Shown here: in pieces, positions 1 through 12,330 of the stretch
Position numbering within the stretch: the first letter of the stretch is position 1
Layout: each line of letters begins with the position of its first letter
Assembly (NCBI GenBank): GCA_003971905.1
Contig: RSEE01000102.1
Span: forward strand, 1 to 64,000
Direction: 5' to 3'
Length of the DNA: 64,000 nucleotides
From: Moniliella sp. 'wahieum'
Lineage: Eukaryota
Notes under the pieces: generated by a model
What the model was told of the DNA's origin: nothing
Databases searched by the model: none
Seen by the model: only the letters and a program-made list of their open reading frames with translations
Position numbers and translations under genes: made by a program

Positions 1-25
1 TAACCCTAACCCTAACCCCTAACCT
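1..25 (+). repeat. Telomeric repeat (TAACCC)n, chromosome end
   Basis: Window begins TAACCC TAACCC TAACCCC TAACCT, the C-rich strand of the TTAGGG telomere, with variant proximal units. Confidence 0.9.
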
Positions 26-700
26 CACCACCACCATGCCTGACACACCCCCCCGACACACCAAGACCAGGCGTCGCATCACAGTGAGAGTGGTAGGGGT
101 GGATAGCTACAGCCTTGGGCTACTCAAACTAACTCACTCCCGTGGTCTTCCAGTCAAAAGTTGTCTCAACCCTGAATGGGTGGGGTGGGCATGCCCTGTA
201 AAAGATCAATTTGTCCTGCCTGTCGTCCGACCCGTAGGGAGGATGGGAGGGAGATGGCCCATGCGAACTAGAAGTTGGGTACAGCTCTGCCAGAGTGCTG
301 GTACTGCAGTGGTACCACGGAAAGGTGGGTGAAAGGAGGAAGGATGCTTGCCAGACTTCAGGAGGAATGCGGAATCTCGGATTATCGATAAAGAGAGAGC
401 GAGAAAAGCGTTTGGAACTGTGGTGTGGTGAAGAGTCAAAATGACAGCAGAAGACCTAATGAAGAATACAGACTTGTGGCACACTCACTCCCCAGCGTAC
501 TCATCCGTCACAAAAGGCAAAGGGAGAATGGAGCCGAGTGGAGAGGAAGGGAACCGAGTGTGGGAAAGTAAGGAAATGGGAGTGGGGAAAACCATCAGGA
601 ACGGGCAATCGAGAACAGCGAGAGAAAGGTGCACCTTAACGACATACCAGCGAACGATCACATCCTACTTAAGACTCAGCCGCTGGTCCGTCTAGCAGAT
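26..700 (+). mobile_element. Possible degenerate L1/Tx1-clade LINE ORF2 remnant (post-RT region)
   Basis: Broken + frames give LPWSSSQKLSQP*MGGVGMP, like the W..L..P...GGLG.P motif after L1-clade RTs, and EDLMKNTDLWH; multiple stops and frameshifts. Confidence 0.3.
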
Positions 701-2132
701 CCATCGATCATTACGCGCAGGCCCAGCCAAGGAATTTATCGTGGGGGGGGGGGATACCAACCTGCTATCCACTACGGAGACAAGCATTCTCTCCTTCTCT
801 ACGGACAAGGCCATCCGATTAGGGGAGACCACGATCGGGTCATCGCCGTACTTGGCGTTGTTTCCTCAAGGGAACCGGGGCAGCTCTGAGGATTGTGTTG
901 CAGCGGGCATGCAGTGTATAGTGTACGTCGGGTGGAATCAGTGCGTTGCGAGGTAGCGTTGGGCGGCGGTGCTCCAGTCCCAGTGGAATGCGTAACCGGC
1001 ATCGCCAATGTGTTCCAATGTAAAGCACATGTTCCAACCCTGCCGCGCTTGTTCCCGGAGCGCTTCTCCATCCGGATGATCTTCCGAGTCGTCCGAGTCG
1101 TACGAATCGTCCGGGTCGTAAGATTCGAACTCCTCCGTCTTGTCCCACGCGTAGCGAAGGAGGAAATGCTTCATGGCCTGCATGGAAATCAGCACGCCCG
1201 TCGGGGTCAAGGCATCGCCCCCCGTATGATCGGCCCCGTGTGATGCAGGCATGAAAATGCGGAAACTCCTTTGCCGTTCCATCCACCGTGTACCGCATGG
1301 GGCTCTCCATTGTGGGCAACACGCGGAACGGGCGAGGCGAAATGGGAAAACAAGATGGAGCCGGCGATTTCCTGTCAACTAGTATGAAGCAGCACATTGG
1401 CCAACCACACCGCTGGGCTGCTGTGGACGCTGCACGTATCCTCAAAAGCAGACCGTGCCAGGCGCGTGCCGTTTCTGCTCCAATCGTCCATCCGCTATAT
1501 ACTCTTCAGTCTGCTCCCCTCGCTTCAAGTTTGCCTCGGCCGTATGTCACGGTGGCACGCTCGTCCCTTTGAGCATGCCATCCAACACCCCCTTGCTTTA
1601 ATTGGTAAAGTTGGGCGACGAATCGAATCTCTTAGAGGCGATGCTGAGCGTTTGCTCCATTGCGCGTGGTACGTACCACCACATCCATCCGTACTTCCCC
1701 GCACGCACTGTGTCGCGCCAGACATACTAGCGTCGCCGCCTTGCTCTCTCGTCTCGTGTACGCACCATGGCCTACGGTCCACGCTCTCTGGAGTAAGTTC
1801 TACGATGCAGATGCCCGAAACCCCGCCCCTGTGACTCTATCTTCATCTCGCGGGCGGGGCAGAGATCCATGACAGCGCAACTTGGGTAGGGAAGCCGTAG
1901 ATGCATCGAGGAAGGCTTAGGCAACATGCATCCCATCCCACCCAGCAGGGCAACACACGGCTCGGGGGTCGGCCGGGTGGGCGTCCGCTTCGATCCCGCT
2001 TCGATCCGCTTCGACTGGGGTTGGGGACTTGAACTGGCCCCCACCACACCCCCACCTCAGCCCTCACGACCGCACGCGCTCAGCGGGGCACACCTTCACC
2101 TTCAACCTGCACTTCAACCTGCACCTTGACCT

Positions 2133-3978
2133 TCACTTGAACATGGCGTCCAAATCGGCAAACGGATCTTTTGGCGGTACGTTCGTCGTCCCTGCCGTCC
2201 CTGTACCTGTACCTGCACCGGCAGCGGTACCCGTCAGCCTCAGGGTGTCCAGGCCATCTAGGAGCGACACTTGTGCAGCCGGGGGCTTGGCTGTCGTTGC
2301 CGCGGTGGGGGCCATGGGCGTGGGAGCAAGCGCGAGTGGCGCGTTGGTTGCTGCGACCGAGGCAGAGGGGGAGGGAGATGTGAATTGTAAGCTAGCAAAG
2401 TCGTCGCCGAGCAAGGAGGTGGAGGTAGGTGCCGTGGTAGTGGCAGTGGCAGTGGAGGAGGTGAGCAGCGGCGAGGGAGCAAGTGCAATGCCAGCAGAAC
2501 CAGAAGGACCTGCAGTAGCGGTAGCGATGTTGGTGGTGGTAGTGGTAGTGGTGTCGTCATCGTCAAACGAGATGAGGTCAGTGACTTTGGCGGTGGGCAC
2601 GGCATGTTTGCCCTGCTGAGCCGGGTCGATGGACGGGTCGAGCGTAGCGGGCGCACTGAGGTCGCCGGCGCGCACGGCCTTGTACCGCGTCAAGACTTGG
2701 TTCAGCGTATCGTTGATGAGCAGCAGCCGGTTCAGCAGCCGATCTTCCTCCTCCTCTTGTTCGTCGTGCTGGCCATCTTCCTCATTCGCGATCCACTGCT
2801 GGAGACGAGGCTGAACGCGGCGCAACTGGGTAGCCACCTGCGCATACGCATCGTCTTCCACCAACTTTTCCCCTGGCTGCACCTGGTTCAGCATATCGTT
2901 CAGCAGCACCGCTTTGCTCTGGATCTTGTCCAGTTCGCCGCGTGTCTGGGCGCGGTAGTCGGGCCGCGCATCGGGATCGGCTCCCGAGAGCACCTTCATT
3001 AGTTCTTGGGCTTGGGCTAGGTCTTGCGGCCGCCCACGCCGGATCAGTTCTTGCAGCTTGGCAGACTGCGCTTCCCGGTCTTCTTCTTCCAGTTCGTCGG
3101 GAGTTTTGAGGTTCTGCAGAAGAAACACGGAGGGGGGATCAGCACCAAGAACAAGAAGCGAAAGCAAGAGCAAAAGGAACAACAAGAACAAGAACAAGAA
3201 CAAGAACAAGAACAAGAACCAGGGAGTGTTAGACACGTACATTGGACGGGTTGAGCACGGCAGCGACGCGAGAATCAATGTTGGGGAAGCGGTATCCCTT
3301 GTACGTAAGGAGGCGGTGCATGTCACGAATGTGGACGAGATCGTCCTTGTGCTTGGAGGTGACGCAGATGGTCTGTTTCCACTCATGAATCAGTTCCAGC
3401 ACCTTGGTCTGGTACGCCGACAAGAACACAGGTGGACGTTCCGGGAACCGCTTGACGAGTTCATTGAGAAACTCCTTCGTTGCGATCTGCAGCTGGAACG
3501 GGTACCCACAGTTCTTCACGAGCATGTCCAGCAAAGACAGTGCCAGCGCCGACACGTGTGGGTTCCGACTGTTGACCAGCTTCACCGTCTCCATCGCCGT
3601 CTCGCGCGGCGTGTTGCCCTTGTGCCGGTTCACATAGTCGGCCACCTCGAGGTTCAGACTCAAGTTGGGCTCCGTCAGGAACGGGTCGCACGCGCGGTCT
3701 GCCGGGCAAAACCAAAAGCAAGAAGCACAAGTTAGCCACCACCACCAACACACAGAAAAGACAAAGAAATGACAAAACAGACCCGCCACGAGACGAGCTG
3801 AGATGGGTTAGGGGGGGGACGCACCGACCATCGCCTGGGCGCGCGTGGGCGGCGCATCAATCTCGAGGCTCTTGGAGACCCAGTCGGCGAGGGAGGAGAG
3901 TGCGCCCTGGGGACGCTCGGCGCCACGCGGGCCATACGCGCCGGCCGACTGCCCGTGCTGGTTGAAGTTGTACGACAT
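2133..3978 (-). CDS. GGA: GGA-like VHS + GAT domain clathrin adaptor (3 exons: 3978-3825, 3698-3241, 3113-2133)
   Basis: VHS: RACDPFLTEPNLSLNLEVADYVN...LVKNCGYPFQLQIATKEFLNELVKRFPERPP; GAT: EEEDREAQSAKLQELIRRGRPQDLAQAQELMK; GT..AG introns 3824-3699 (GCTAAC branch) and 3240-3114. Confidence 0.92.
3178..3219. repeat. (AACAAG)n hexamer microsatellite in GGA intron 2
   Basis: About 7 tandem AACAAG units. Confidence 0.9.
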
Positions 3979-4401
3979 GCACTCTGCACGTGCTGGCGGT
4001 GGTGGTGAGAATGGTGGTGGTGGTGGTGGCGGTGAGAGTGGGAACCCAGGTGGCCGTCGAGTGGGTGCGAGGCATTCGTGGCTGCTTCGCGCTCAATCGT
4101 CCCTTGGCGCATGCTTACGTCACCCGCGCCACGTGGCACACACGCGCAACCCTAGTATGTACTCGTTTGCCCCATCACCCATCTGTCCTCTCATCCATCC
4201 CTCCATCCCTCCGTCCATCCCATTCGATTCGATTCCATTCATTCTCTGCTCTGCTCTTCTTCCTCTCCCAGACACATTCACACCACCACCGCCTCCCTCC
4301 CCTCACGCTCTTCGTCTCGCTCTTCGTCTCGCTCGTCTTGTCGCTCCACGGCGACGCCACCGACACCGGCGACCGCCCCTCCGTCTCACTCCCACCCCGG
4401 C

Positions 4402-5010
4402 TCAGCACTGCCACCGGCACGCGTACCCCCACAGGCGGGACCTCGCTCTTGCCCCCTCCCGACGCCAGTAAGCGTGCTGTTGCTTTGACTGTTGCTTTGA
4501 ATGTTGCTGCTGCTTTGACGGTTGCTGTTGCGTTGGCTGCGGCTGCCGCCGAGGAAGCGAATGGGGATGCCGGTGCGGCGCCACGGCGAGCGGGGGCGGC
4601 GGGCGTCGTCGGTGGGACAAGGTACGGCCCGGGACAGGAATGGCACGTGCGCGAGATAACGTGTGTGCCCAGGCTTGCGCACGGCACGTGGCCGTATCCG
4701 ACCGCAAAGAAGTCGATGGTAAACAAGTTGGCGCAGAAGACGGTGACGACGCAGCGTGTGAGACCGAGTGGGAGACTGGGTTTGAGACCGAGTGGGAGGT
4801 AGGGCAAGTAAGGTGGGAAGAAGTGGCGCGACGAGCGAACTGAATGAACAGGAGCAGGAGCAGGACCCAGGCCAAGGCGCCTGCGAGTAACAGCAGTGGG
4901 CCCAGTAAGAGGACCTTGCCGTGCGCAAACACTTGGGCGCCAAACGGCCCGTCGGCGGCGTTGGCGCCCCCGGCGTTGATGACGCTGCGGCGCAGCAAGT
5001 GTGGGGGCAT
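4402..5010 (-). CDS. Hypothetical single-pass membrane protein
   Basis: ORF MPPHLLRRSVINAGG.. with hydrophobic stretch VLLLGPLLLLAGALAWVLLLLLFIQF then a low-complexity S/P/Q tail; no recognisable family. Confidence 0.3.
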   Translation of the reverse strand: MPPHLLRRSVINAGGANAADGPFGAQVFAHGKVLLLGPLLLLAGALAWVLLLLLFIQFARRATSSHLTCPTSHSVSNPVSHSVSHAASSPSSAPTCLPSTSLRSDTATCRAQAWAHTLSRARAIPVPGRTLSHRRRPPPPLAVAPHRHPHSLPRRQPQPTQQQPSKQQQHSKQQSKQQHAYWRREGARARSRLWGYACRWQC

Positions 5011-5811
5011 GGCTCGCACCGTGGCAGAGATGGTGGGCGTGAGGGTGGCAGTGGCGATGGCAAGGGCAAGGGCAAGCGCACTGGTCCTGATGCTGATGCT
5101 GATACTAATACTGATGCTGATACTGATTCGAGGGCGCAACGATCGGCACAGACGCACTGAATTCATGACGTCAGTCCAGCCTCGATTGGAGCGGCCTCAG
5201 CAGGATGCTTACGTCATGCTCAACACTGTCCCTTGCCCATTTTGGGCTTGCCTTTCTAGTAGCGCCCCCCCATCAATCTAGTCGGGCTACTCGCAGATCT
5301 CACCCCCACCACCAACCCTACCTCTGCTGGCCTTGGCGTGCGCCATGCGCCTCTGCCCCGTGGCTATCCCATCCCCATCTCCAGCACCATCTCCACCCCC
5401 ATCTCCATCCCCCGCACCAGCGCACACCAGCCCCCTAACGGTCCACACGCCGCTGCCGAGCGAGCGAGCGAGGAAAGAATGGAACGAGGGAGCGAGAAGG
5501 GAGGGGGGGGGGAGGTGCGTGCCACGTACGCTGGACCAGCAGGTGGAACGATGAACCACGCGGCGGGGTCGAGAAGGGGGACAGGGAGTTGGGCAAGGTG
5601 GGTCGGGTGAGCATGCCTAAGGGGGTGCATTGTCGAAGGTGGTGAAGATGAATGTGATGCTGATGCTGATGCTGATGGAGATGGCCATGGAGATGGCCAT
5701 GCATCCACCACCGCCACGACTGCTGTGCGGCTGTGCTACTGGGGCTGGGAGGATGCATTGACTGGACGATGAGGTCGTACGTGGTCTGGGGACTGGCCAT
5801 TGAATCACTAT

Positions 5812-8800
5812 TCACGCTCCAACGTTCAACCACCCAACATGGACTGTGTAGTAAGTATCACATTGGGCTTGTGCTCTCCGCTTTCCCATCGGCCTCAGCC
5901 ATCGGCCATCGCCCTCTGTCTTCCCACGGGGGGGTCCGATCTGGGGGGTATGCACGCTGTGCTCGGCGCTCAGCCAGCCACGCCCGCAGCCGCGCCGACA
6001 CTGAGCGGGAGGCAGTGGCAGTGGGAGTAGACCTGCTGAAGCCAGAAGTGGAGGTAGAGGTAGAGGTAGAGGTGACGGTGGTTGGGATGGCGGTGGGATG
6101 GTGCTGGTGCTGGGGAGGACGACATGGGCATAAAGTGTCTTGTAATGTACCAATTCCTCAGCCAAATCGTCGTGTGCGCGAGTCACGTGCTCCAGGTGGG
6201 AAGCTAACTGTGCCAGGGTCGTTTCCAGTGCCGCAACGTCTTGCTCCAAGTCCACCACCCGCCCAGCCACGCCCCACGTCGCTGTGCTCAGTCTTGCCAC
6301 TGCCCCATCGTCATCCCCATTGTCATCCTCATCATCCTCATCGTCATCCCCATCGTCATGGCCATTCGCACAGACGCCCCCTTCTTGCTGCCCTCGAGTC
6401 CCGCCGTGCTGCACTCGGCTCTGGCCCAACTCGATCTGCGCCCCACCGCCCTCGCTTCCCGCACCAGCACGCTGTCCGGGACGCAAAAGGGAGGAACGTT
6501 CTGCTCCCAGTTCCCGTCCACGTTCCCATTCCCGTTCCGGTACTGGGGCTGGGGGCGGGGGGTAGCTGGGACTGGGGGGAAGCAGCTTGATCCTGCGGCT
6601 GAGAGACTTGGAGGGAAGAAATCGTTCCACAGCTGATTCTCCAACCGCTCCAGGAGAGCGTGTTTCTCCATCCGCTCCAACGCGTCCGCGTTGGTCGCTA
6701 GCAACAGTAGTGCTACCCAGACCAAGGCTTCGGTGCCGTGGTGCATAAGTAGACTCACTACTTGCCTGCCCACTTGGACCGGTGGCGGTGCCGCTGACCA
6801 TGCCGACTCGGTATCCGTCGACGCTGACGCTGATGCACACCCCGAGGCAGAGGCGTCGACGTCGTGGAGGCACGGCCCAAGCAAAGAAGAGAGGAACAAG
6901 GTGAGAAACCAAGTACGTGCGTAGCGGGCTAAGCTCACGCCCAGCTGGTCCAGGTGCGCAGCCAGGTGGGGCAGGTGCGTGTGGACCAGACGGTTGAGGT
7001 GGGTCAGGTACGTGGGCACCAGCCAGGGTGCGCTCGATGCGTGCCTGCACGAGACGCACGCAGAGCACGCAGAGCAGCACGCAGAGGAAGAACAAGGCAC
7101 TTGGGATCCGTGTTGAGCAGGCCAAAAGAGTTGAGCTAGACGACGGTGCAGCAGCAGGTGAAGTAGCACGTCGCTCGCTTCCTTTGTTGTGGGTACACCA
7201 CACCAAGATACCAGCCAGTACTTGCACGCCCTCGGTGCCTTCATGCAGTGGCGCTCGTCTACCCATACCACATCCACATCCACATCCACATCCACGGCCT
7301 TGCCCACACTCGCACCCTTGCTCACCCTCTTGCCCATGCTGACCACCTTGCCCACGACCACACCCACACCTTTGACCTTGGCCTTGACCTTGTCCATGCC
7401 GCAGGACGACGCCGCGCGCCTCAGGACGACCTTCAACCGCCTGTACCTTGCCGTACTGCGCGCCAAGCCCAGCGGTACCAGCACGCTGTCGCACGGTCGT
7501 CCCATCCACCCCACGCCTCGTCTCCTCTTCATCTTCCGATCCCGATTCTGGTTCTGATTGCGATTGCGATTGCGATTGCGATTGCGATTGCGATTGCGAT
7601 TGCGATTGCGATTCCGATTCCGAATGCGATTGCGTGGTGCCCCCACACGCGCCGATGTGCCCCGAGACAGGTCCTTCGTCTCGGTCATGGTCTTGGTTTT
7701 GGTTTGGTCTTGGTTTTGGTTTTGGTTTTGGTCTTGGTTTGGTTTTAGTCTTGTTGGTCGGGTAGGACCTGCGTTGTATGCCGGGGTGTGGCGCCCCACC
7801 GCCACCACCACCACCACCAGAATCAGAACCAGAACCAGCACGAGTGAGCACGCGCCACACGTACGGCCGCAGCGCGGGTGGGATCGTGCTACCATTGTCC
7901 TCGTCCTCGTCCTCGTTGCCGTCATCGTCCTCGTCGCTCTGGCCGTTCCCGTCGCACTGCTGCATCTGCCCCGCTCGGGTCGCCGTGGCCGCAGGCGTGG
8001 CCGCAGGCGTGGCCGCAGGCCCCATCATCATCTTTGTGCCATCTGGTACTGCTTCCGCTACTGTGACGCCACGGTGCCGCAGGGGGGGGGGGGGGGGAGA
8101 GGGAGAGCGCCGCCCAAATGCCAACGTGAGGCAAATTCACCCCACACCCAAATCGCCCAATCCGCCATACGCAATACGCAAACAAAGAAGGAGTGCGAGT
8201 CAGTGAGTCAGTGAACAAGGGAGCAAGGGAGCAAGGGAGAAAACGAGTGCCACGCTGGTGGGGGGGAGGGGGGGGGGAAGAGAAGAACTGGGGTGAACAA
8301 CACAAAGAAAAAAGACAAAAATAAAACCAACAAAAGGATATCTCCCCTTGTGCATGCGTGGGTGTATGGTCGGTCGTCGGGGTCTCCCTTGCGTCCATAT
8401 GCCACTTCATGTCCACCAGCACGCACACAGGTACGCCCCGCTTATCCCCCCCCCGCTGTCCCAGGATGGACGGAGAGGGGGGCAGGGACGGTCGCTGGGA
8501 CGGGAGGCTGGACGGGCATCGCCACAAGAGAACGTAAATGGAGCGCAACCTCAAGCACGGCGAGCTCAACAAGCTCTACAGTACACCAAGTACAGCAAGT
8601 ACACCAGGCACAAGAAGCGAATGCAGAGAGGGGCAAGACAAGACAAGACAAGGAAAGGAAATACAGTACGTACCTCGTCCTCGTTGCAACTGTGTCCACA
8701 TCCGCACGCGTTCGGATGCCTTGACCTCCTCCTCTTTCACCGTGTCTTTGTCTTTCTCTTTCGCCTTTTCCTTCTTCGCTTTCGCCTCCTCCTCGTGTGG

Positions 8801-10226
8801 ATGTTCATTTCGTTTGGCCAAAGAACGCACACCACACGACCCCCTGCCTTCCGTCACCACCGCTCGTCCCCGCGCCGAGGCAGGCGTCACCTCCCTCTCA
8901 CCCGGACACACCAACCACCGTGACCCTTCAGCTTCTGCTTCTCCTTCTCCTTTTCTTCGTCTGCTCCGCTCGGCCTCGCACATGTAGTAGCCGTAGTAGT
9001 ACCACCCACTGCAGCATCCACCGTTGGATCCACAGTAGGACCGAGCAGTGGCGCAGGGGACTTACCCGCTGGCCCGCACGCACCCACACGCACGTCACCG
9101 CGGTTGGGGGCGGGGACGTGCGGGGCGGGGACGTGCGGGTCGGTTGGCGTCGGTGCTCGAGGCAAAGGTGAGGTGGGCGTTGAGGTTGAGGTGGACGTTG
9201 ACCTCATGGTTGACGTTGAGGTTGAGGTTACGGTTGAGGTGGGGATCGACGGTGGGGTGGTACTACGCCTAGTCGGAGTAGTCGCAAGGGTTGGAGTCGT
9301 TGAAGGGGCGGTACGACGCAGAGTAGTAGGAGGAAGAGCAAGAGCAAGAGGAACAGGGGTTGGAGTAGATGGGGTAAGTGGACCATACCCCATGGGTGGC
9401 AACAAGCCAACAGAAGACCTTCCCCTCGTCTGTTGTGGTGCGTCCAGCACGTCCTGTGCAGGCCCCAAGGTCGTGGGCGCAGGAAAGGGAGTCGAACACG
9501 CATCACGCGTACCAAGCGTATGGCGAAGCGTACGTGTGCGCGTACGTGTACGGGTACGTGTACGTGTACGTGTGCGGGTCCCTCCGCGCGGACACCAACC
9601 CAGACCGCCGTCTGCGCTGCTTGCCCATCGTCATGTTCGGTCCAGGCGAGCCCCGTGCTCCGTGGACTGGTCAGCGGACTCACGCCTCCCACACTCGCCG
9701 GACTCGGTAGACTCGGTGGTGACCCACATACCGTCCCGCCCGAGGGGGGAGATAGAGATAGAGACAGAGACGGCGACGGCGTGTCGGACAAGCAGCCCAG
9801 CCGCGCGCTGGACCAGGACCAGGACGAGGGAGGTGGAGGTGGCGGTGGGGATGTTGGGGATGGCGGCGCTGGAGAAGGCAAAGGCCAAGCCAAGTGCGCA
9901 GGGGGTGTGGTTGGGAATGGAAAAGGGAATGGGAATGATGGCCATGGGGACGCACCCAGTGCCGCAGAGGCCATCGATGTGGGCACACACTTTGCCGCTG
10001 CAACAGCAGCCGCAGAGGGCGAACAAGGCCCCGGCTGGTCTGGGCCCCAGGACACTGCCACCTCGTCTTGCTGCACACGATAAGGGGTGTCATGCGCATC
10101 CTCCAGCGCGTCAGCGCCAGCCGCAGCCTCAGCCTCAGCATCAGCATCGGGATCTGTGTCGTCGTCAAACAAACTCGCTTCGGCCGCCGCGCGCACCTCG
10201 CTCTCCCTCGCGCCTGGCTCGAGCAT
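5812..10226 (-). CDS. Rab-GAP TBC domain protein, Gyp5/EVI5-like, with C-terminal coiled coil (frameshifted; 5' extent uncertain)
   Basis: IPPALRPYVWRVL, HLPHLAAHLDQLGVSLARYARTWFLTLF, LLMHHGTEALVWVALLLL; coiled coil VVDLEQDVAALETTLAQLASHLEHVTRAHDDLAEELVHYK; putative intron donor GTACGT at 8673. Confidence 0.7.
7556..7633. repeat. (GATTGC)n hexamer microsatellite inside the TBC coding region
   Basis: About 12 tandem GATTGC/GATTCC units. Confidence 0.9.
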
Positions 10227-10739
10227 GCCGGTGGTGGGCGCTGGGACGAGGCGACAAGAGCGAGCGTCGCAGGTTCTTCTCCCACGGGGGGGATGAGGGA
10301 GGGGGGATGAGCAACGATGGATGATGGCAGCAGGGCGCAATAACAAGGTGTGGCGCAGCGGCAAGAACAAGTTAATTAGTATAGGTGTAACATCGCCTCC
10401 TCTCATAGAAGCTCGGGTCGACTGCTGCCATGCCTGGTCCTGCCACTCCTCACCGCCAGCCCCACCGCCGACGCCGCCACGACCGCGCCCGCGCTGCTGT
10501 CCTGCCGAGCGAGGGACGATGTGGCGGTGTTCGCCTCCGCCTAGTAGATCCATAATCTGTGCGCCCATCTCAGCCTCTCCGCTTCGCCCGTCTGTTCTTG
10601 CGCATCTTGATGCCACATATAGTCCCCTGGCACTGGGCTTCAAGCTTCAACGTCACCGTCACCGTCACCGTCACCGTCTTACGCACAGGCACAACCAAAC
10701 GAGAGGCAGGTGCGTATCTCTCATCCCCCACGTTCTGGA

Positions 10740-12330
10740 GCGGGGATAAAGATGCATGTCATATGATGATCAATCCCCATGGTGAGATCCTGTTTGACTT
10801 TGGCAAGAGCGTGTCCCGGATCGCGACGGAAAAGAAAAAGGGGCCAAAGGGATCGCCTTGCCGGACGCCTTGCTGGCTGACAATCGTGCGCACGTTCCCC
10901 GCACCGCCCGCGACCAGCTGCGTGTGCTGGCCATATGCCCACCGGGTAGAAGAGCACCAGCTCGGGTAGTCCGTTGACGGCCTGCGCCATCACATGTCGG
11001 GGTCCACGCTGTTGAACGCGTTCGTAAAGTCGAGCGACGTCACATACTTGAATCGGTCCTCCCACTCGGGGCTGTTGCCTTGATCGCCTCTCCGGTGACG
11101 ACGCGGTCCAGCAGCCGCACGATCGGCTCCACGCCGCCCTTGGACTTGACACCCAGCTGGGTGCGCAAGAGGGGCGAGCGGACGTCGATGTGCAGCAGGA
11201 GGATCTTGGCCAGGAGCCGGTAGAGCAGCTCCCCACAGGCAATGGGCGCACACCTCCGTCCGGCTTGGCAAGAGCCGTGAGCCTCTGCCGGTGCAGAGCA
11301 ACTGGGCGCCGGGGCAGGTGCCAGCGTACATGGCGGTGGCCATGGACTTGGCAGCCGCCTTGAAATCGTCGTGTTGGAGCGCGAGCCGCAGCAGCGGCTG
11401 GGACCAGCCGCTGACGCCGCCTCCCACGTCGCGGGGAGAAGTGTTGAGTATCGGACCACATCATCTGGATTTGAGACTCAACAGTTTGGTTCGGCACTGG
11501 TTTGGTTTGTCCTGCTTTGTGGGCTAATCGACTTGGTGGTCTGAGCTACAAGGTTGTCTTGGCTCGAGTTATCTTTTCTTTCTTTTTCCCTACTTGGCGT
11601 ATAAGTAGGACGACCCCTCGCGGGTATACAATGCTATTCTTTACCACACCCACTCCCTTTGGCTTGCCTGATAGACTCCTCTACTCTACAAGAAGCTAGC
11701 AGCGGCACGGTCCACATCCTTGTCTTGAACCTCGAGATCTTCCAGCAGATGGCCCTCGTCGTCCTCGATCGCGTCGCCGGTCAGCGTCGGCGGCGGGCGC
11801 TCGGCGACTGCCGGACCACAACACCGGCCATCCGGTTGCGGGCCGGTCGGGTGCTTGCTTGTCCTGCAGCGACTGGTACGTCGCCTCGGTCAGCGGCACC
11901 GCGTCCTGGTCCGCTTCCAGCGTCCGGACCGCGCGGCCGAGCATGCCCTGCGTCACTTGGCGCTGGGCCTTGTCCAGCACGTCGCGCCGGCGCACCTCGT
12001 GCGTCGGGCGCTTGGCCGCACGCGGCCAGGGCACCTCGGGGTACGCACGCACAGCGACGCGGACAAGGTTGACGACGAGTCGCCCTGCAGGCCGCACTTG
12101 GGCAGCGCCAGCAGGTTGAACACGGCATGGTCCGAGGGGCTAAGTTCGGGTGTGCCCACACCACAGGCGCCGCTTTCCGAAATCAATAATACCGAGGGAT
12201 ATCCACAGGTTCCAACTTTTCGCCACCATGCCACAGGCAAGGAACGTGTATTTAGGATGGTCCATTGTGTTTCTTGTTCCTGTGCAGTCCCGCGATTGAT
12301 CTGGACGAGCATGGACGTCCCTCTACGGTG
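10740..12330 (-). mobile_element. Degenerate CRE-clade (Cnl1/MoTeR-like) non-LTR retrotransposon reverse transcriptase
   Basis: Minus frames give FNLLALPKCGL, GVSGWSQPLL, LTALAKPDGGVR/PIACGELLYRLLAKILL, QLGVKSKGGVEPIVR, SLDFTNAFNSVD, SQQGVRQGDPFGPFFFSVAIR; YLDD region decayed; interrupted by a solo LTR. Confidence 0.88.
11442..11690. mobile_element. Solo LTR (249 bp) with 5-bp TSD AGAAG
   Basis: TGTTGAGTA...TACTCTACA termini (TG..CA, 8/9 inverted match) flanked by AGAAG at 11437-11441 and 11691-11695; removing it rejoins the RT sequence (..LLASPRDVGGGVSGW..). Confidence 0.9.

Noticed and set aside
9104..10324. 406-aa plus-strand ORF and similar antisense ORFs throughout the track
   Set aside because: Shadow ORFs of GC-rich, repeat-rich coding sequence on the opposite strand
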